A DNA stretch of 35,141 bases from Cyanophora paradoxa CCMP329 (Eukaryota > Plantae > Glaucophyta). This document shows positions 1-12,299 of the stretch, one piece after another (the stretch's first letter is position 1; each line of letters opens with the position of its first letter). The position numbers and the translations under genes are program-made. The stretch lies in assembly GCA_004431415.1 (NCBI GenBank), contig QPMI01000405.1, forward strand, positions 1-35,141, written 5' to 3'. The notes beneath the pieces are model-generated. The model saw only the letters and a program-made list of their open reading frames with translations. It was not told the DNA's origin and ran no database searches.

Positions 1-85
1 CTAGAGCGATAACTTGGCACCGAGCGGGCGCAACTTGCGGCAACCTGCAGCTGGCACAGCCTAGGCCTGCAGCTGGCAGCAATCA

Positions 86-3000
86 ATGGTGCCCGCGCCT
101 GGACCACCATGGCCAGCGCAGGCGTGGGAGGCCAACCATATGCATCCCGCCGAGCGCGCGGGACCTGAGCTCGAGCCTGAGAAAAACGTGGACGATATCA
201 ATGAGCCCACTGCAGCGGTCGTCGAGCTCGGCCTCGACTCGGACGCAGCTGCGCATGCGCGCCGCTTGCAATTGACGAGGTCATCAACGCTGGTCATAGG
301 GCCGCCGGGATCCGGAGGCCGCAGCTGGTCATGGCGCGCGCGAGCGGCTGTGGAGTGACGCGGAGGCGGCGCCCGCCCCTGCGCTGGCCGCCGCGTGCGC
401 CGCTTTCTGCCCGCGGTGCGCCGCCGCGCGCGCCCCTCTTTGAGCAGACGACCGCGCCCGCCACCCGCTGACTGACGAAGACGCGGGCAGGCTGGTGCTG
501 GGGCACTGCCGCGGAAGACGGCTGCGTGAGACGTGCGAGGCAGTCGTGGCGCTGCTGGACCTGGCGGGCTTCTCCGACCTGGTCGCAAAGTGCAGCGCCG
601 GCGAGAGCGACATGGAGCAGCTCTTCGACGCCATCAACAGCTGCTTCCGCGCCGAGATCGAGCTTCTCGAGGGCCCGCCCCCGCCCCGCACGCCACGCCC
701 TACCCAGCCCCCACGGCCGATCGCGAGTGCCGGCGCCTAGGCCTGACGCGCCGGCAGAGTACGGAGCGGACGTCCTGTCCTTCCTTGGCGACGCCTCCTC
801 GCGATCTGGCCGGTCGAGCCGCACGTGGACGAGCCCGGGAGCACGGGCGCGCCCCTCGTCGGGGCAGTCGACGCCGGGACGGAGGGGGATGGCGACTCGG
901 AGGGGCGTCTCGCGGCGGCCCTGTCGCTGCGCGCCGCCACCGCCGCGAGTGCGCGCTGCGGGTGCGTTAACGTTCGATCCCGATCCCAGCCTAGCCGCGC
1001 GGCTCGCGATCGAGTGCTTTCGCGCGGCGCGGCCGACTTTAATTTCGAATTCATGTTAAAATTTTGAGTCGAATAGTGCTTTAATTACAATTTTCTCGAT
1101 AATTTCAGGAGTAATAGAGTTCATTTTCTCCTTGCGATAGACTTATGGAAAAGATATATCGTTGGGGCGCCGGCGGGTGCAGGTGCAGGAGCGGTTCGCG
1201 GCGGGGGTGGCGAGGGGCATGAGGCTGCGGTGGCCCTCTCCGCGGGGCCCCTGCGCCTCTGCGTCGGCGGCATCGGCGGCACCGCACTCGCCGAGAGCCG
1301 ACCCGCTTCCCGCACCTCCAAGCAGCCGGCGCCGGCGTCGTATCCGCATCTTTGGGCTCGGCCGCGGCCGCGGCGGCGGAGACTCGGAAGCGCCCTCAGG
1401 GGCCACCCTCCGCAACCCCGACGGGTCGGCCGTGCCCGGGTGCGCCTGCGACGCTGCCGCGGCCCTCAGCTGCTAGCGCTCCCGCTGAGCACGCGGGCGG
1501 CAGGCGGATGGTTTTCTTTGTGAAGGCGCGGCGGTGACAGAGGCTGGCGACGCCCTTGGCGACATCGCCCCGGGTCCGCAGGCCTAGGCCCTTCGCCCCC
1601 ACCTCGCCCCACCCCGGCCCACCCCGCCAGCGCCTGACGCGGCTCGGCTCCGGGCGGCAGGCAAGTCGTGCTCTGCCCCTCGATAATCGAGCACATCCCG
1701 CGGTCGGCGCTGCTGCCCGCTAACCGCAGCATGCGGCGCGAGACCGTGCGGCGAGAGGCACTGCAGCGCGAGCAGTCCTCTTCCCCACGACTCCCCGCTT
1801 GCGATCGCACAGCGGCGCCGACTCTGCGGGGGCGGCCGCGGCACTCGCACTCGCCCTCGTCGTCGGCCCGACGGCCGGCGCGCCCCTCGCCGACTACTGC
1901 CGCAACGTTTTGGGCGTCCCCTCCGGTCCGCGCCCCTTTCTTGCCGCCCCGGACGCACGCCGCGGCCGGCCTCCAGCCCGGGGCGGACTTTGACGGGGCG
2001 GCCGGGCAGGGAGCCTGGCGGGGCGGCTGCGGGAGGCGGCGCCGCCGCTGGAGACCCCCGAGCAGGTCGCCCTCGCATCCCTCTTCGTCCCCTACACGGC
2101 AAGCGCCGTTCCGGGATCCGCCGCTCGCGCCCCCGGACGAGCTTCGACTAAGGGGAGGCGCGGGGGCGCGCGCAGGTTCGGGCGCGGCTGAACCAGATCG
2201 CGAGCCTCGGGCCGTCGACCCCGCCCGCTACCTCGCCGAGTTCCGCCCGTGCGCCGTCCGAGCCGTCTGAGCGCTGCGCTGCGCCGCGCCGCGCCGCCCG
2301 CTGAGCTCGAGCGCGGGTCAGGTCTCGGTGCTCTTTGGCTCTCTCAAGATAGCGGTGGAGGAGGAGGGCGGGCCGGAGGGCGCCGCGCCGCGGGCCGTGC
2401 AGCGCGCCGTCCGGACGGTGCAGGCGCTGCTCTACGCACACCAGGGCTCCCTCCGCCAGATCGTCCTTGACGGTGCTGCCCCCGCCCCGAGCCTTATCTC
2501 GCCCGCAGCGACGCCTCTGCAGACAAGGGCCTCGTCGTGATCGGCGTCTTCGGGCTGTACCCCATCTCGCACGAGGGTGGGCCGGCACAGCCGCTCCGCT
2601 GCACTCCGATGCACAAAGGCCTCGTCTCATGCCCCCCCGCCCCACGCCCCCCGCCCCCAGACGACGCGGCGCGGAGCGCGCGTGTGCATTGGACGTGCGG
2701 GAGGCGATGGAGGCGGCCGGCGTCGCCTGCGCCATCGGCCTTGCCACGGGCCTCGCCTTCTGCGCCTTCGTCGGAGACCCCGCCACCCGCTGGTGCCCCG
2801 CTCTCTACAAACGTTCCCGCCCTACGCGCACACGAGTTGGCCGCGCAGCGAGTTCTCGTGTTCGGGAACGCGGTGAACCGGGCGGCGCGGCTCATGGGCA
2901 AGGCTGCCGTCTCCGGCGCCGGCGTCCTCGCCGATGGCGAGACCCGCGCCGCCGCGTGCGCCCCGCCCCCCCCCCCCGCCGACATCGCGCGCCGATCGCG

Positions 3001-6000
3001 GTCGACGCCGGTGAGCGGCGCAGGGGCAGCAGGTCGAGATGGATGCGGCGGGGGAGTACCACCTGAAGGGTATCCCGGGCCCCACGGCGGCGCACCGGCC
3101 GCTACGAGTGCGGGCGGGCTGCGGGGCAGACGCAGCCGGGCGCCCTCCATAGCCCTCGGGCAGGCGCCGGAGGTTCTCTACGGGCGCGAGGAGGAGCTCG
3201 CGTCCTCCGGGGGCTCCTCGAGGCCCACGCGGCCCCCCCGCCACCCCCCACGTGAACGCGCCTTCGCCGCCCCTCTCGCCCCTCGAGGATGGCCCGATCT
3301 GCCCTGGCCCCCAAGGCGCCGAAAGGGCCCGCTACGGCGCCGCGCCCGCCGTCGCTGGTGGTGGCTGCGGGGGACACGGGCCTCGGGAAGTCGGCGCTCG
3401 CGCGGGCGGCGGCGGGGATGGCGGCCGTCGGCTGGCGCGCCGCTGCCACCGCCGCGCTGTCGACGCAGCGCCAGCCGCTCGCCGCGTGGCGGCCCCTCCT
3501 CGCGGCCCTCTTCCCGCAGGGCATCCTCGAGGCGCGCCCGGCGGCCCCGCCCGCCTGCCGGGCATCCGCCCTTGCGTCCGTGCACGTGTGCGCGCTCCTC
3601 ATGGGTCGCAGGCGGGCCCGCTGGCGCTGGAGGACACGAGCCTGGACCCCGCCGTCGTGGCGGATCTCGAGGGCCTCCTCCCTCCCGCCCCGCCCCGAGC
3701 CCGCGCCGGCGCCATCGACATCGCTCCCCAAGCCCGTCTCCAGAAGGCGCCCTTCCCTGCACTGGATTCCAGCCTCCCCGCCCCTGCTGAGGACGCCGGA
3801 CCCCTCAGCCCGCCTTCCGAGGGGGCGCAACGCCGTACGATCGCGAATTTGAAGCGCGTCCGCGAGCGGCGAACGACGCGGCTTCAGCTCCCAGATGTGC
3901 CAGCGGAAGTGCGCGCGGCGCAGCTGCGGGCGGCCGTCGTGCGGCTCGTCCTCTCCCGCGCCACATCCCGGCGGCCCCTCCTCGTCGTCTTCGAGGGCGC
4001 GCCGCCCGTCCGACCGCGTCAGGCCCTGCCGCGCCTCACGCCGCCGCAGACGTGCACCTGGCGGACAGCCAGAGCCAGGCGGCGCTGCTGCGGCTCGCCG
4101 AAGAGGCGGCGGAGAGCCCCGCGACGCGCCTCCTGCTGCTCGTCACCTGTCGCCGGCCTGGCGGCGGGGCGGCGGCGGCGGAGCCGGACGGGGCGGACCT
4201 TTTGGCGAAGCTGGCCGCTGTGCCCGGACAGCGCTGGCTTGAGCTGCAGCCGCTGGACTGCGAGACGGTCGCGCGCCTCGCCTGCGCCCGCATCGGCGCC
4301 GCCTCGCTGCCCGCTGATGCCGCCACCTTCATTGGTCCGCCGCGGGGCGCAGAGGGCGCGCCGGGCGGCCGCAAAACCGCAGAGCCGCCTGACGGGTCTC
4401 GGGGCACTCGCAGCGAGCGAGTCGGGCGGGGTGCCTTTCATCGCGGCGGACCTGGCGGAGAGGCTGCGGGAGGAGGGGACCCTCTGCGTCGACACCGCGA
4501 CGGGTGCCTGCACCGTGGCGCGGCCGCTCCACAACCCGCGGCCCTCGGACGGCCTCCGCTCCGCCCTCCTCTGGCGCCTCGACCGCCTCGGCCCCTCGCA
4601 GCTCTTCACCGTCAAGGTCAAGGCTCCCCCCCCCCCCCCCCCCCCCCCCCCCTCCCCCCCCGCGCCGCCTGCCGACGCGCCCCGCATGCACAGCTCGCCA
4701 GCATCGTTGGCATGCGTTTCAGCGCCGAGGAGGTCGCCGCTAATGCTGTGGGCTTGGACCGAGGCCAGCGCTGACAGGGACGCGGCGGCAGGTGGCGGCC
4801 ATCTTGCCGCATCTGCAGGGCGGGAACGGCGTTCGGTCGGCGGAGGCGCTGCGGGCGGCGGCGAGGTCGCTCGCGGGGGATCTGGCGGCACTGTGCGGGG
4901 CGGGCATCTTGCGGGAGACGGTGTACGAGGCGGCCGCGGGCGAGACGTTCGAGTTCGCGCTGTCTCCCATGCGCGAGGTCGTGCACGGCCTCCTCCCCGT
5001 CGCCGAGCGCCGCCGCCTGCACCGCGCCTTCGCCCAGTTCCTCGAGGAGTGCGAGCGGGAGCTCGACGCGGCCAGCCGTGCGAGTGACGGCGCGACGGCG
5101 GGGCGGCCTTCATCGAGGCCGGCCGACGCTGAGGGCTCATCGTCCGGCCTGGACGGGGCGGCGGCTGAGCTGCTCGCGTACCACTGGACGGCGGCAGAGG
5201 AGCCGGGCCTGGCGCTGCCGTACCTCGAGCGCTGCGCAGCGGCCGCCCTCGACAGCTTCGCCAACTCTGAAGCCGAGCACATGTACAGCGACCTGCTCGC
5301 CCGGTACCCCGGCGCCTCGCCTTTCCGGCGCGCCGGCTGGCTCGCTGGCCTCGCCGAGGTGGGCAGCCGCACGGGCCGCTACCCCTCCGCCGTAAAGCAC
5401 TGCCGCGAGGCCCTCGCGCTCCTGGGCGTGCGGATCCCCTCGTGCGTTTTCCCCTGGATCTTGCCCTTGCCCTTGCCTTGCCATCTTTTCCCCCTTTGTC
5501 CTCCCTCCCCCCCCCCCCCCCCCTCTCTCATCTGAGGCGCCTCAGGAGCCGTCTGGGCGTCTGGGGGACGATCATGCTCATGGCGGTGCAGGCAAGGCTG
5601 CGGCCTCCGCCGAGCCTCGCCAACTCCTCACCCGAAAAGCTGGCCGCGCGCTGCGGCACACGAAGTTCAAGGCAGGAGGACGCTCGAGACGTCGCTATCG
5701 CAGACTTGTTCATGATTCTACGGCAAGCCACGGGGCACAGCGGGGACGGCGCCCTGTTCCTCTACAGCGCCTTCGGTCTCTGGCGCCACGCGCAGGATCC
5801 GGAGCGCAGCCCCGGGCCCCGCTACCTCGCCATCGCTTCCGCGCTGGTCGTGCGTGCCAATTATAAATATAGCTGCACATAGCCCTGCCAACTCTGCCCC
5901 GAACGCGTCTTGCAGGCCAGCAACATGACCTTTCTCTTTCCAAGGAACCGCTCCCTCGCCACTGCATACGCGAAGTTCGGCTTCGTAAGTCCATCCCCCT

Positions 6001-7999
6001 CCACTCCCTGCTTCCCCCCCCCTCTCCTCCCCCCTTCGCGCCCCTTGCCCTCCGCTGCACAAACTGATCGAGGGGTGCGCAGAAGCTCGGGAGTGACACG
6101 TGCACTGGGGCGTACGTCTCTCCGATGCACCGGGCCGTGTCAGTCGCGCTCTTTGCCGCCGGAGAGCACGAGGAGTGCAGCCGCGTCTGCGATCTCTACG
6201 CCGACGCTGCCCTGAGGATGGCGCGCCCCGCGCCGCGTCGCGGGCCCTCGAGCTCCACTCCGAATAGCACATCATCGCGCAGCGTACACTGACGCCCTGC
6301 GCCCTTCGCAGCACGTGCGGCGGGACGTGCTGGAAGCGTTTTCGTTCCGGTTTCTGTGCCACTTGCGGACAAGGGCTCGCCCGCCATCCTCGACCACATT
6401 GCATCCTGCATCCAGGCGCGCAAACATTAACCGCACTGCGGGTTTCGGCTTGTATATCTTTTTTGGCCCGACTAACACGCGCATTCTCGCGATCGACGTC
6501 GGCAGGCGGCGCTGGAAAAGACGGCGCGGGACCGCGAGCTCTCCAATGAGGTCATCACAGTCGTCTCCACGGTGAGCTGAAGGCCGCTGGGCCAGGCCAG
6601 GCCAGCTTTTCTAGGTCGACTGAAAAACGTGTCCTAATGTAACTGCACGAAAAATGTTTTCTAAAAACGAGACGCGCCCGCGGCAAATTTGCTCTAGATC
6701 TAGATCTGCTTCACTCCGCGCGCGAGCGAGCGTGCAATTTGCAAGCGAGCGTTTCTTGCCTGCTTACGCATCAACGCGTCGGCGGTCTTGGCAGGCGTCG
6801 CTGGTGTTCATTCGCCTCCTACAGGGCCGGGCGCGTGAGGCCCTCGAGGTGCGCCTTCAAATTCCCTCTCCTCCCCCGGCCCTTTTCTCGAGGGGGACGT
6901 CCTTCGAATTCGCGGGAGCTCACAGCGGCGCAGGTAGGGGAGGAGTTCTACCGCGCGCGTTTCAGCGGCGGCTTCGTTTCGGTGGCGGCTTTCAGCCGAG
7001 CGTTCTTCCTCGCCGGCCACTCCCGGGCGCTCCTTTCCGGCTTCGGGCCCCACGCGCCCGCCCCGGGCAGCGCCCTCTCCGCCGTCCAGGCAGGCCCGAA
7101 TATTAATGCTTCCCGAGCACTGCGACACGTTCTGTCACGCATTGAGCTCGAGTCCGCTGCAGGTTGCGCGGCAGGCCGTCGAGCTTCAAATCAGCGATCG
7201 CACCAATCTGGCCAAACTCATAGGGGTGCGCCCTCGCACCCTCTGGATCCCTCGACTTGCGCTGCGCACCCTCTTGATCCGTCGCTTATCGCTTGACCGA
7301 CATCCATGGCCAGCCCGACGTCGTGTGCGAGGCTGCGACGGTGCTCTTCGTCGCGTGGCTCGTGTCGGCCGCCCCCGCCGCGCGCTCGCACCCGGCGGCC
7401 CCCTTCGCCCGCCTCTACCCCCTGCCGGACGCCGCCTCTGCGCCGCCGGCGCCGGCGCCGGCGCCGGCGGTCGGCCCGGCGAGTTGGTCGCTCTCCTGGA
7501 TGCCGCCGCCCGCAACGGCACGCAATGGAACGAAGCGGTGCGTGCCTTTCGATTTTGTTTTAATTTCTCTACCCGCCCCCTCGCGGCGTCGACCGCGGCG
7601 CAGGCGGCGGGCGCCGCGGCGGTCCTGGAGGGCCTCGCTCTGAGCGCGCGCGGCGCGGTGCGGGCGGCGCGCGAGCGCTTCCTCGCGGCGGCCGCGCTGG
7701 GAGGCTGGACCGCCCCCGACCCGGCTCCGGCGCCGCGTCGCCCCCGCGACTGCGCCCTCGGGCTGCTCTTTGCGGCCTTCCACACGGGTGCCCCGCCGGC
7801 GCCTGGCCCGGCGCCGCCTGCCAGCACGGGGCCCGCGCCCAAGCCGCAAAGCCTGAGGCGTCTCGAGCGGGCCGAGCGGCCGGGGCCGGAGCTTCTGAAG
7901 GCAAGCCGGGCGGAGCTGCTGGCGGCGGCCGAGCGTTGCTTCGGGCTCTACAGCGACGCCATCGGTGGCCGCATAGCCCGCGAGGCCGCCCGTATCTAA
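86..7999 (+). CDS. Multi-exon soluble adenylyl cyclase-like protein (two class III nucleotide cyclase domains + STAND AAA NTPase + TPR-like region), host gene
   Basis: Exon pieces read in order: VVALLDLAGFSDL (~545) and YGADVLSFLGDA (~760) = cyclase C1 metal-binding Asp motifs; GSLRQIVLD/DKGLVVIGVFGL, AIGLATGLAFCAFVGD and FGNAVNRAARLM = cyclase C2; LYGREEELA, GDTGLGKS (Walker A), LLVVFE/VHLADSQS (Walker B), SGGVPF, RLDRL, ERRRLH and LLAYHW = ADCY10/STAND architecture. Short GT..CAG introns, e.g. 4335-4413 and 4617-4693, join these in frame. Exact start and exon boundaries are uncertain; stop TAA ends at 7999. Confidence 0.88.
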
Positions 8000-8703
8000 G
8001 CTTGCATTCAAATGATTGATTATGAGCGCACTGCGTCAACCGTTGAACTTCTAATTATTTTGGACGATCCCCACTTCTTCTCTATTTTTCAAGTCACTGC
8101 AGCTGGCATGGCTCAATTAATATTATCAAGTGCACCGTGGCGCAGCCTGGCAGGATGGATAGAGCACTGCGACATTTCTCGCGATTGAATCGTGAGATTA
8201 TTATCTAATATGCTTAAGCTTACAATGAAGACGCTCATGATCAACCCGATCGCGATCGATATCCCGACCGAGGCCTGCATGGCCCAGCGCTATCATAGTA
8301 TCGATATTCATATGAGTCCTGGAACTTGGAAGATATCACGATCATGGCTTCGCGCCGTCTTGGCCCGGCCGCGATTTTCGCGCCGGGGGTGCAAGGGGGC
8401 CCGGGGGAACCGGGATCTAATGAAAGAGTCCTAGTGGCACGCACATGCGCGCGGCAGAACGACCCCGGCCCAGTGCGCGCGGGAGGTCGAAGACTCGAAG
8501 TGTAAAGATAATCACAGATTATGATTGAAAAAATAGAAAAAGCCCGATAAGCACACGCTGCGATCAAGTCGATTAAAAAAAAGACTCAATGAAAGGCCAG
8601 ACTCAGCGCACACTATATCAAAGATTGTTCTGGAGCCAAAAAACGCTGTGCATCAACTCTGTTCGCACAGCCTACCGCTAATTATATAACCCTGAACAGC
8701 TGG

Positions 8704-9300
8704 CTAAAAGATGATGGTGCTGTCTGCAGATCTAGAGGGCTCGCCGTAAACATAGGCGATCCAGGCCTTCTGGAGGGGATCGGGGCGGAAGTCGACCTTG
8801 GGGATGAGCGGCAGCCAGCGGCGCCGGTCCTGAAGAGAGCCGTCTTGCAAGAGCATGGTGAGGCGGCCCGCCGCCTCGAGCGCCCGCAGAGCCGCGCGGC
8901 TGGCGCGCTGCTCGCACCCGCCGCGCATCTGGTAGACAAGGTCTTGAATTTCGACGTCCGCAAGGCTGGCGTCGCGCAGGCGCTCGACGACCCCCTCGTG
9001 GATCCGGAGGTCCTCGATCGCAGGCCTTCATCATGAACAGACATCAGCTATGGGCGATGCACTTCAATCAAACTGCGCGCACCCGACAAATTTAAAGCGA
9101 ACGACGAAGCGATCCTGCCGCCCAGCCGCGAGTGCGTCGACGGTCGCTAAAGCGAAGGCGACGGTTTGCTCGCGCATGGCCATGGGGGGGAAGCCAGCCC
9201 GGTCGGGGAGCTCGCGGACGAGGATGAGCAGCGCTAGCGGCTTCACCGCTTGCGCCGCACGCGCTCCGTCCGCGTTGCAATTGTTGAAATTGGCCGCGCT
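8704..9300 (-). pseudogene. Degraded coding remnant of unknown origin
   Basis: Protein-like segments (ALLILVRELPDRAGFPPMAMREQTVAFALATVDALAAG...; IQDLVYQMRGG...WLPLIPKVDFRPDPLQKAWIAYVYGE) are separated by in-frame stops. No family recognised. Confidence 0.3.
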
Positions 9301-9912
9301 CCGCGCGCGCGCAGCACGAGTGCCGGGCAGCGTGCTCGGCTGCGGGCAGCGGCGCGCGCCTCCGGTTCTGCGCATGCGGTGCAAGCTCGATGCAGTGAAA
9401 AGTAGTCCAGGCGGCACGGGTACCGTGCGGCGTACGGCGCAGTGCGAGGAAGCCGAAATCTAGATCTAGAGGAGACATGTACAGCTAGGGAGCTCGAGAA
9501 GTGCTTGCCAATGTTGCCATGCATATGCAAAACCGCCGCGTGACGCAGCGCACCGCCGCGCGAGCGAGAGGCTGCGCCGAGAGCCCAGATCTAGAGGAGT
9601 GATCATGAGAGCGAAGTTGGTTTTCCCCTCGAAAACCAGTTTTCGCGAGTTCGAGAGAGCTCTCGCGAGCTCGACTTTGACGCTCGAAAGTCGAAGGCTG
9701 ACCGGTCCACCGAGCCAATTTGCAATCCGATGATCGGAATGCGAATAAGCCCCTTTTTTCCCGTGTTGCATACTGGCCCTCGAGCTCGGAAACGGCCTCA
9801 TAGAAAAATTTTGGCTGAAGCGAGGGAACGGGAAGCAAGCTGGGAGAAGCCCTTCGGTCTTCTTCCCCCCTTGCAATCACGATCATGGCTTAGCTGGAGG
9901 GAGCGCTGGAAG

Positions 9913-10650
9913 ATGCAAATGGATCCGGAGCGCTGGAGGACGCTGTTGTTCGACTGGACGAATCTCTTCCATCGGGCAGCGAGATCGAGATCTAGAGGGC
10001 GAGGCGGGGTACGGAACGGAGTGGTGGCCATGGTTGCAAAATTAATTGCGCGTGCATACCCGGACCCCCTCGTCCTCGTCAGAGGAGAGGCGTCGGGGCA
10101 CGAGCGTTTCGAGGACCTTCCCGTCCTGCCCGTGGCGCGCTAAACCGGCGGCCCCGCGCTGGCGCCGCATGCCCAGGGGCGCGGCGGACCGCCGGCGTAC
10201 TTGTTGGGCGAGGCGCGCGAGGAGAGGCGCAGCACAAACGCGCCCGAATCCTGCTTCGAATTCGCTGTGGCCATCCTCTATATAGCTAGATCTGCTGCGC
10301 CGCCTGCGCGCGCGCAAGTCGGGCGGCCATGCCGGCCACACACGTACGGCCCGCGGGGGATGACCGGGGCGGGCGGGGCCGGGCACCTCAAATGTGAGGA
10401 GGGGGTCGCCGAGGCGGTCCGGGCCTTCCAGGAAGAGCCGTTCGAGCTGCGGTACCCCGCGGGCTCGGCCCCGGGGCCGGGGCGGGCAGGTTTTGCAGGA
10501 GTCGCGGCGCGCGGGGCGGGGACCTGCAGCTGGCGGTAGATCTAGATTTAATTGCGCGCGCGACGGGCACGAGCCAGAAGCTGAATGAGCGGAGCTGATC
10601 TGCCGTGTATACGTAGGACTCCTGCTGCGGAAGCTCCGCTGCAGACTCGC
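9913..10650 (+). pseudogene. Degraded coding remnant of unknown origin
   Basis: Collinear protein-like segments (MDPERWRTLLFDWTNLFH..., CFEFAVAILY..., EEGVAEAVRAFQEEPFELRYP) are interrupted by a stop at 10141-10143 and TAGATCTAG-type stretches. Confidence 0.28.
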
Positions 10651-10874
10651 AATCGGCACCGCGCCAACGTGGGTCCAGCAGTACTAGTTCCGGCAAGAAG
10701 CTCCGTGGCACGTGCACCGCACCGATATTGGTGGTGATGATCTAGCCTAGCTATATATATAGTAGAGGAATTCGGTGTACAGCTGGCACCCTTCTCCAAA
10801 TCCTATGGCCCCGCCCTCGAGCTCGTCTCAACCTCGTATACTAGCTCATTTAGCTACTAGTATATACTAATGTA

Positions 10875-11134
10875 CCGTGTAACAGGAAAATACCAGATCG
10901 GAAATTAGTGGATCGTAAAACTTGGCCCTTTCACCGGCGAAATACTGGAGCCCGAAATTAGTGGATCGTAAAACTTTCAGGCTTGTATGGGGCGGTAATT
11001 TGGGGGGTACTGTATGAGGCCGCGTCCCATAAGAGAATTAGTGGAGCTCGAAATTAGTGGACTGAGTCGAAAGTTTGGTCCACTATTTTCCGGCTCCACT
11101 AGTTATCAGCATCCAGTATTATCCTGTTACACGG
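10875..11134. mobile_element. MITE / non-autonomous Tc1-mariner-type DNA transposon (260 bp)
   Basis: TIRs CCGTGTAACAGGAAAATACCAGAT versus reverse complement CCGTGTAACAGGATAATACTGGAT (21/24). TA on both sides (10873-74, 11135-36). Internal repeats of GAAATTAGTGGA(TCGTAAAACTT). No ORF. Confidence 0.85.
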
Positions 11135-11646
11135 TAGGCTAGCTCAGCCTAGCGCCGGCTAGCGGGCCAGTAGTAGCGGCCTGGTGGGACAGGTGGCAGG
11201 TCTGGGACTCTGGGCGCGGGCAATTAACCCCGGGCATTTCGGCTGTGACGGCGACGTCGATAAGCTGTCAGCCCGAGCATGCATATGATAAAAAAAGCCG
11301 GTACGAAATTACGGGTACGTGATCATGAAGCCCCTAAGCGCGGTTCGCACCCTTCGGCTTCACGATAAGTGGTCGTCGGATCCGGAGGCTGTCGCGATCG
11401 GACGCTCCGAGTAGCTCCAAAGAGGAGGACGGTTCTTAAAACACGGGGTACCGAGTTTCCGCTGGGGCGGTGCCGCGGCGCCGCCCGAAGCTTAAGAAGG
11501 CCCTTATAATTACTAGTAGAGTCTGCCAGGCTTGAGGCTTAGAGCCTTAGACCTGCGCGGCTTATATATAATATCAATTAAGCTTGCACTGCGGCCGGGC
11601 AGGCAAGCCCTTGACCCAAGCCCTTGAGCCGGGCTGAGAATTTGTT

Positions 11647-11946
11647 AAAACGCGGTAATTTGGTGCCGCGGGAATACTGTAAGCAGCTTATTATAAGCTG
11701 CAGCCAAGTTGCTCCATACAGACTGATGATACAGTACCCGGTGACCCCCACAATCATTGAATTACCGCCCCACACAACTTGTGAAACAAGCCTCAAGTTT
11801 TCTAAAACGCGGTAATTTGGTACCGCGGTATTCGGCGCCGCGGCGCGGTTGCGGTTACAATGCGGTATAATTCTAACGCGGTAATTTATGTACGTGTTGC
11901 CGGCGTAACTTGCCGCAGTGCGGTAATTCTAATTCCCGTGACGGTA
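11647..11946. repeat. Degenerate MITE-like remnant with repeated AACGCGGTAATTT motifs
   Basis: AAAACGCGGTAATTTGGT(G/A)CCGCGG at 11647 and 11804, shorter copies near 11875 and 11920. It ends in ...GACGG-TA like the right end of the 10875 element, but no matching left terminus was found. Confidence 0.45.
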
Positions 11947-12061
11947 GTAGTAGCCTAGGCTCAGTACTACTAGTACTGAGTCAGTACTACTGACTCAGTA
12001 GTGCGCCTCCCGGAGACTCCGTAGACTGAACCGTAGTCCGGGTTCGTAATAACTTCGTATA

Positions 12062-12299
12062 CTGTAAACGTACTAATATCCGCCAGCACTTTAATTCGAC
12101 AAAACCCGAAAATCCTGTCGAAAATTAGTCCGCCAGCGTCTTGATTTCGACACCCTGCGACTTCGCCATAGAGAGGTCAGCCGCTGGTACCCCTCTCTCC
12201 ATACAAAGGCTTAATTCGCCAGCGTCAAATATTCGACAGCGCGAGGGTCTGGCGAATATAGTCGAAATTAAACGCTGGCGGAAATTCGTACGTTTACAG
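12062..12299. mobile_element. MITE / non-autonomous Tc1-mariner-type DNA transposon (238 bp)
   Basis: TIRs CTGTAAACGTACTAATATCCGCCAGC versus reverse complement CTGTAAACGTACGAATTTCCGCCAGC (24/26). TA flanks at 12060-61 and 12300-01. Internal CGCCAGC...TTCGAC subterminal repeats. Confidence 0.85.

Noticed and set aside
4626-4661. Long poly-C tract
   Set aside because: It lies inside an intron (4617-4693). It is low-complexity and its length is unreliable in long-read data.
61-8039. Numerous long Arg/Pro/Ala-rich ORFs on both strands (e.g. 3252-5087, 4019-5140)
   Set aside because: These are shadow ORFs caused by very high GC content. The real coding signal is the spliced cyclase gene.
12049-12061. 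Exact loxP 13-bp arm ATAACTTCGTATA
   Set aside because: Only one arm is present. The second arm is absent even after removing the adjacent MITE in silico, and there is no vector context, so it is treated as coincidence.
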